A DNA stretch of 64,000 nucleotides, from assembly GCA_043827025.1 (NCBI GenBank), contig JBDRPL010000010.1:18837-82836 (forward strand). Reading direction: 5' to 3'. How positions within the stretch are numbered: position 1 is the stretch's first letter; each line of letters begins with the position of its first letter. The notes beneath the pieces were generated by a model. That model saw only the letters and a list, made by a program, of their open reading frames with translations, was not told the DNA's origin and made no database searches. A program made the translations under genes and the position numbers. Source of the stretch: Candidatus Micrarchaeota archaeon (lineage in GTDB: Archaea; Micrarchaeota; Micrarchaeia; Anstonellales; Bilamarchaeaceae). Of the stretch, positions 60,205 through 64,000 are shown one piece after another.

Positions 60205-62366
60205 TGTTGTCTTCCCTCATGCATAAACTTTCTTGCATTCTCAAGCAGTTTTTCAGGTGAAGGCCTATCCCGCAAGAAGAATCCCTTGGACCCATCAACA
60301 GATTCAAGACTTACTCCTAAATCCATAGTTTGTGTCCATCCTCCATATACTCCATTGGAAACAGAACGTAGATTTGAGGTTGTAAATGGAAAGTGGAACA
60401 CTTCTCTCAATCCAAATAAAATTAAATTACACATCATTGCAACTTCGGAATTCGTAGGGTCAAAAATATGAAATCGCCTCAATTCCTGACATGCAAGCTC
60501 GAAAAGACAATCTGCCTCTTTCTTGCCAGTGTAGGAAGGTAATTTTAATACGCGTATAATGGCTTGTTGCGCAGTCAAATCAAATTGTGCCTCGGATATT
60601 TTCGGATCAAGTGTTACTCCATATTTATCTTTGAATTTAGCATATTCCTTTGAATCTCTAGGGGAAAATCGTTTTGCAATATCTTGAGAAATATGCTCTG
60701 TTAAATCCCACACAGAACCTAAAACTAAATATTCCTTCTCATAATCTAATGCTTCTCTGTAGGCTCTTCTTGCAATTTCGTTCGGAGACGGTGGAAAACA
60801 AAAGTTACTCTCCAATTGTATTGTAATGCTTACTGCTTGTGTTAGTAATTGCAGATAATAATTTGTTGCAGCGGGATAGACTTGGTGAAGGTGTTCGAAT
60901 AAATCTTCGAATGTTTCAATCGCTTGAAACTCTTCCTCAGAAACATCTGCCAGTTTTAAACGCCATTCAATCGCACTTCGTTTAAAAGTCTCTTTTTCTT
61001 CAGCAGACGGTTCTTTGCAGGTAATCCAATTTTTGTCATCTTCTGCTTCTGCAACTTTTGGATTTATCCTTATTTCCCTTACTGATGGATCATAATCTCT
61101 AGTGGCTTGGGGTTCCTCATGGACATCTGCTAACCCTGAATTAGATGCACTCACTATAGGGTCGGTTGTAAGATTTGGAAATGACACACTAGATGCAAAC
61201 CCTGCCCATGCACCGCCAATAGGAACTGAAATTGCAGGCGCTCTTGCAGATGAAAAACCGTAAGAATGTCCATAAGCCGATGCAGCAAACTCTGGTCTGA
61301 CATATGCAATAATTCCTAAATCAGCACTAACATAATATTGATTTCCCGGAGTCAACCCCTCCAAAACAGTAGTCGTTTCAACCAAAGTCCTTGCCTGGAG
61401 TTCGTTTCTTACTTCTCCCTTAGGATCTACTAAAGTTATGCTCAAAGGTTGATCCTGAGGCAAAAGCTTTTTCTCCCTAAGTTCTGCCACAACAAGTCTC
61501 AGGTGGCTCGTTGCCTGTGCGACATCCCACGGAGTTGAAACTGGATTACTAGACACTAATCCTAACAGCGTTTCCATGCTAGGACCTTGTATATTCGCTT
61601 CCCTGAGCTTGTCCTCATATGCTTTCGCAATCGCTCCAAAATCTCCATTAAGAACTCCGCTTACAATTACATCCTTGCTTACTATTTGGCCTAGAACTTG
61701 AAAGAAATCAACTCCTGCTTCATATGCGATTTTTCCAATCTTAGTATCTACTTGCGGATCTTGTGTAACTGTTTGAAGTATCTGAAGAGATGCATATTCC
61801 GTACCACCTTCTTTTAGATATTGTTTGTCTGCACACGACATATCGCCAGTATCAAAACCAACATATTGGTGAAGGGTTTCATGAATCGCGTTTTGTGCAG
61901 CGCCTTCTGGAGTCGTCACTTGTTCATAATTAACCAACACTGTTTGGGTTTTACCGTCATAAACTGCCGGATTTTCTTTAGCAATTATTTCAAAAGTATC
62001 TTGATCTGAAGGTAGCGTTCCTTTGCAATAAAATTTTACCATTTCAACATCATCAACAGGCCTGCAATGGAAAGAGACTTCGGTTAATCCCAAAGCATGG
62101 TGCGCAACTTCAGTTCCAATCACTAATCCATGGAGAAAACTTTTGTTTGCCAATTCGACAGGACTCAGATCGGCAACTCTAGGGCCAGACATTCTAGCTG
62201 CAATCGGGTCAAGGCCTGCTTCGTAATTTGCAGGCTCAAATTCATGAACCAACGATGGCAATTTATCTGGTTCGGAAAGATATGATGAGAAAGTTCGATT
62301 TGTAGGTTCAGGCGGTTTGCTATGTAAAAGACTTTTAAAGAAATGTCTTACCCTTGCAAACCTCAT
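60201..62366 (-). CDS. Hypothetical protein with gluzincin-like metallopeptidase motif
   Basis: AIHETLHQY...LKEGGTEY. Confidence 0.6.
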   Translation of the reverse strand: MRFARVRHFFKSLLHSKPPEPTNRTFSSYLSEPDKLPSLVHEFEPANYEAGLDPIAARMSGPRVADLSPVELANKSFLHGLVIGTEVAHHALGLTEVSFHCRPVDDVEMVKFYCKGTLPSDQDTFEIIAKENPAVYDGKTQTVLVNYEQVTTPEGAAQNAIHETLHQYVGFDTGDMSCADKQYLKEGGTEYASLQILQTVTQDPQVDTKIGKIAYEAGVDFFQVLGQIVSKDVIVSGVLNGDFGAIAKAYEDKLREANIQGPSMETLLGLVSSNPVSTPWDVAQATSHLRLVVAELREKKLLPQDQPLSITLVDPKGEVRNELQARTLVETTTVLEGLTPGNQYYVSADLGIIAYVRPEFAASAYGHSYGFSSARAPAISVPIGGAWAGFASSVSFPNLTTDPIVSASNSGLADVHEEPQATRDYDPSVREIRINPKVAEAEDDKNWITCKEPSAEEKETFKRSAIEWRLKLADVSEEEFQAIETFEDLFEHLHQVYPAATNYYLQLLTQAVSITIQLESNFCFPPSPNEIARRAYREALDYEKEYLVLGSVWDLTEHISQDIAKRFSPRDSKEYAKFKDKYGVTLDPKISEAQFDLTAQQAIIRVLKLPSYTGKKEADCLFELACQELRRFHIFDPTNSEVAMMCNLILFGLREVFHFPFTTSNLRSVSNGVYGGWTQTMDLGVSLESVDGSKGFFLRDRPSPEKLLENARKFMHEGRQQ

Positions 62367-62374
62367 AAATTCAC

Positions 62375-62620
62375 CTAAAGATCTCTTAAAATCTGAATAA
62401 AACTCTCCTTACTACTTCCACAATAGGGGCACATATCTGGAGGCCTAAGAAAACATTCTATGATTCCAGAATATTTGCTCATCAAGTGTCTTTCCTGTAG
62501 ATATGCTCTAGCTGCACCACCCTCGTCCATTCCCATCTCTCGAAAACGGATTAGGGCACGCTCTGAAATACCACTTTGAAATCGTTCCTTACATTTTCCA
62601 CACTCAATAATTTCCATCAT
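62375..62620 (-). CDS. Small split zinc-ribbon protein
   Basis: CGKCKERFQSG...PDMCPYCGS. Confidence 0.7.
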   Translation of the reverse strand: MMEIIECGKCKERFQSGISERALIRFREMGMDEGGAARAYLQERHLMSKYSGIIECFLRPPDMCPYCGSSKESFIQILRDL

Positions 62621-62641
62621 ACTACCAACCTCAATATACAG

Positions 62642-63424
62642 CTACCTCTCGCATATTCTTCGTGATTTGCAATACGGGCATTCCGAAGGAGCATGCATCA
62701 AATGAACAACAGTTGCTCCAAAATCCTTCATTTCCTTGCAGTATGCTTCAAAAGCCTCGACATCATTAAGTCCTTGCAGTTTATAGTACTTCAAATAAAT
62801 GTAAGGAATACCTGCTGCAAAATTCTTTTTACAATCATCACAATTATAAGTAGATAAAGAAGTTTTCATTTCTATTTCATTAGAAAGAACAACAAAGTCT
62901 TTATCTTTACCACAATGAGGGCATTTATCAGGCATGGATTCGAGATAAATATCTTCGTTGTTATCTCGTCTTTCTCTATCTTTTTGAAACAACTTAAATG
63001 CAAGCTTGGGATCAGTTATTTCCATGAGACGATATCCCTCTAAACAAGATTCATAGAGTCCTACATTAAACTCTTTTCCACATTTTTTGCATCCTACACG
63101 TCTATGCCAAGATTCTTTTTCATAATCACTTGAACACCACTTTGAATTATCCCTAAGAAGCTTTGTCTTGATAGACGAACAATGAGGGCACTTATAAGGT
63201 GCAGGTGGATCAACAAGAAATGCAATCTTTTCCTTAGGAGGTTGGAGTTTCCAGGCTTCTTCCAAATCATTTTTTTCTCCTAGCAATATCTCTTCTCTGG
63301 TTTTGCCTTTATCTAGATATGCTTTGGTCTGGCGATCATCCCGACTATCAAGAGTCCCTAAAACGAATTTTCCATTACAGTTTTCACAAACAAACGTATA
63401 TGTTCCCATCATACCACCATTCAA
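62642..63424 (-). CDS. Protein with three tandem split zinc-ribbon units
   Basis: CENC/CPHC, CKKC/CPHC, CDDC/CPYC. Confidence 0.75.
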   Translation of the reverse strand: MNGGMMGTYTFVCENCNGKFVLGTLDSRDDRQTKAYLDKGKTREEILLGEKNDLEEAWKLQPPKEKIAFLVDPPAPYKCPHCSSIKTKLLRDNSKWCSSDYEKESWHRRVGCKKCGKEFNVGLYESCLEGYRLMEITDPKLAFKLFQKDRERRDNNEDIYLESMPDKCPHCGKDKDFVVLSNEIEMKTSLSTYNCDDCKKNFAAGIPYIYLKYYKLQGLNDVEAFEAYCKEMKDFGATVVHLMHAPSECPYCKSRRICER

Positions 63425-63694
63425 ATTTCATTCTTCCCCATATATATGCTGAATTGTTTGATGCTTATCAATTTTGCTTCATTGTAACACATTTATACAT
63501 AATATACGAAAACATTTATAAAGACTGTGTTTTTGTACAGATTTTAAGCGTAATTCTCACTTAGCCACTATCTCCTGCCGTTTCAAAATGTTGTTTTGCA
63601 CACTATTTTGGCTTTATTGCGTACAAACCCACAAAATTTGTACTAAAAACTCTGGGAAAATGTGTTATTTACACAGTAAAGTCATGGTCAGGCC

Positions 63695-64000
63695 TTAGCC
63701 AAACATCCCTTCGACCTTCTTATGTCTGGAATCCTTCAGTAATTCAACCAGATCAGGATAATCCTCGCCAAAAGTTAGATTATCTGTGTTTCTCTTGGCA
63801 ATCTCAAGCCACTCTCTCACGGTTCTAAATCTGCCGTTTTTAACGCCCTTTTCAATCACGGCAAGAATATCATCGGTCTTAACCTTTCTGGCAACCTTGC
63901 CCTTTACGCTCTCCATCCAGACCCTTCTCGCAGCTTCATTGCAGATTGACTTAATGTCCGCACAGGAGAATCCACTGGTTTTAGCCGATAGTTTTTCATA
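63695..64000 (-). CDS. C-terminal end of an AAA+ ATPase (partial; start lies outside the window)
   Basis: Frame open to the window edge: YEKLSAKTSGFSCADIKSICNEAARRVW, an AAA lid motif. Confidence 0.8.
   Translation of the reverse strand, partial: YEKLSAKTSGFSCADIKSICNEAARRVWMESVKGKVARKVKTDDILAVIEKGVKNGRFRTVREWLEIAKRNTDNLTFGEDYPDLVELLKDSRHKKVEGMFG

Larger units (their letters stand above)
56394..64000. mobile_element. Putative tRNA-Glu-anchored integrated element (right end not visible in the window)
   Basis: Integrase starts about 84 bp after the tRNA 3' end and is followed by non-housekeeping cargo; no att duplication seen in the window. Confidence 0.55.

Overview
Gene-dense archaeal chromosomal segment, most consistent with a DPANN archaeon (Micrarchaeota-like; the taxonomy is inference from gene content). 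Housekeeping genes: trm5, leuS, HARP-type protein-only RNase P, Rnl3 RNA ligase, carS, SRP RNA, KEOPS bud32 and cgi121, cdc48, RPA, rps8e, metG, truD, trm1, a non-oxidative pentose phosphate operon and ribL. Most notable features: (1) a tightly coupled operon of six paralogous multi-pass membrane proteins (5562-13105) sharing a CedA/VirB6-like motif, one with a VirB2/pilin-like N-terminal module, which is a candidate hetero-oligomeric T4SS-like channel; (2) a tRNA-Glu(CUC) split by three BHB introns (55979-56393) directly upstream of a tyrosine integrase and a cargo operon (zinc-ribbon repeat proteins, HExxH protein, transglutaminase-TPR protein); (3) short palindromic modules shared between tRNA introns and intergenic hairpin arrays; (4) several bacterial-looking orphans (beta-barrel-like protein, 1613-aa Cys-rich LamG lipoprotein, PknB-like kinase, ElaB/YqjD-YqjE cluster). 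All calls come from reading motifs by eye; no database search was run. No CRISPR array or rRNA was seen.
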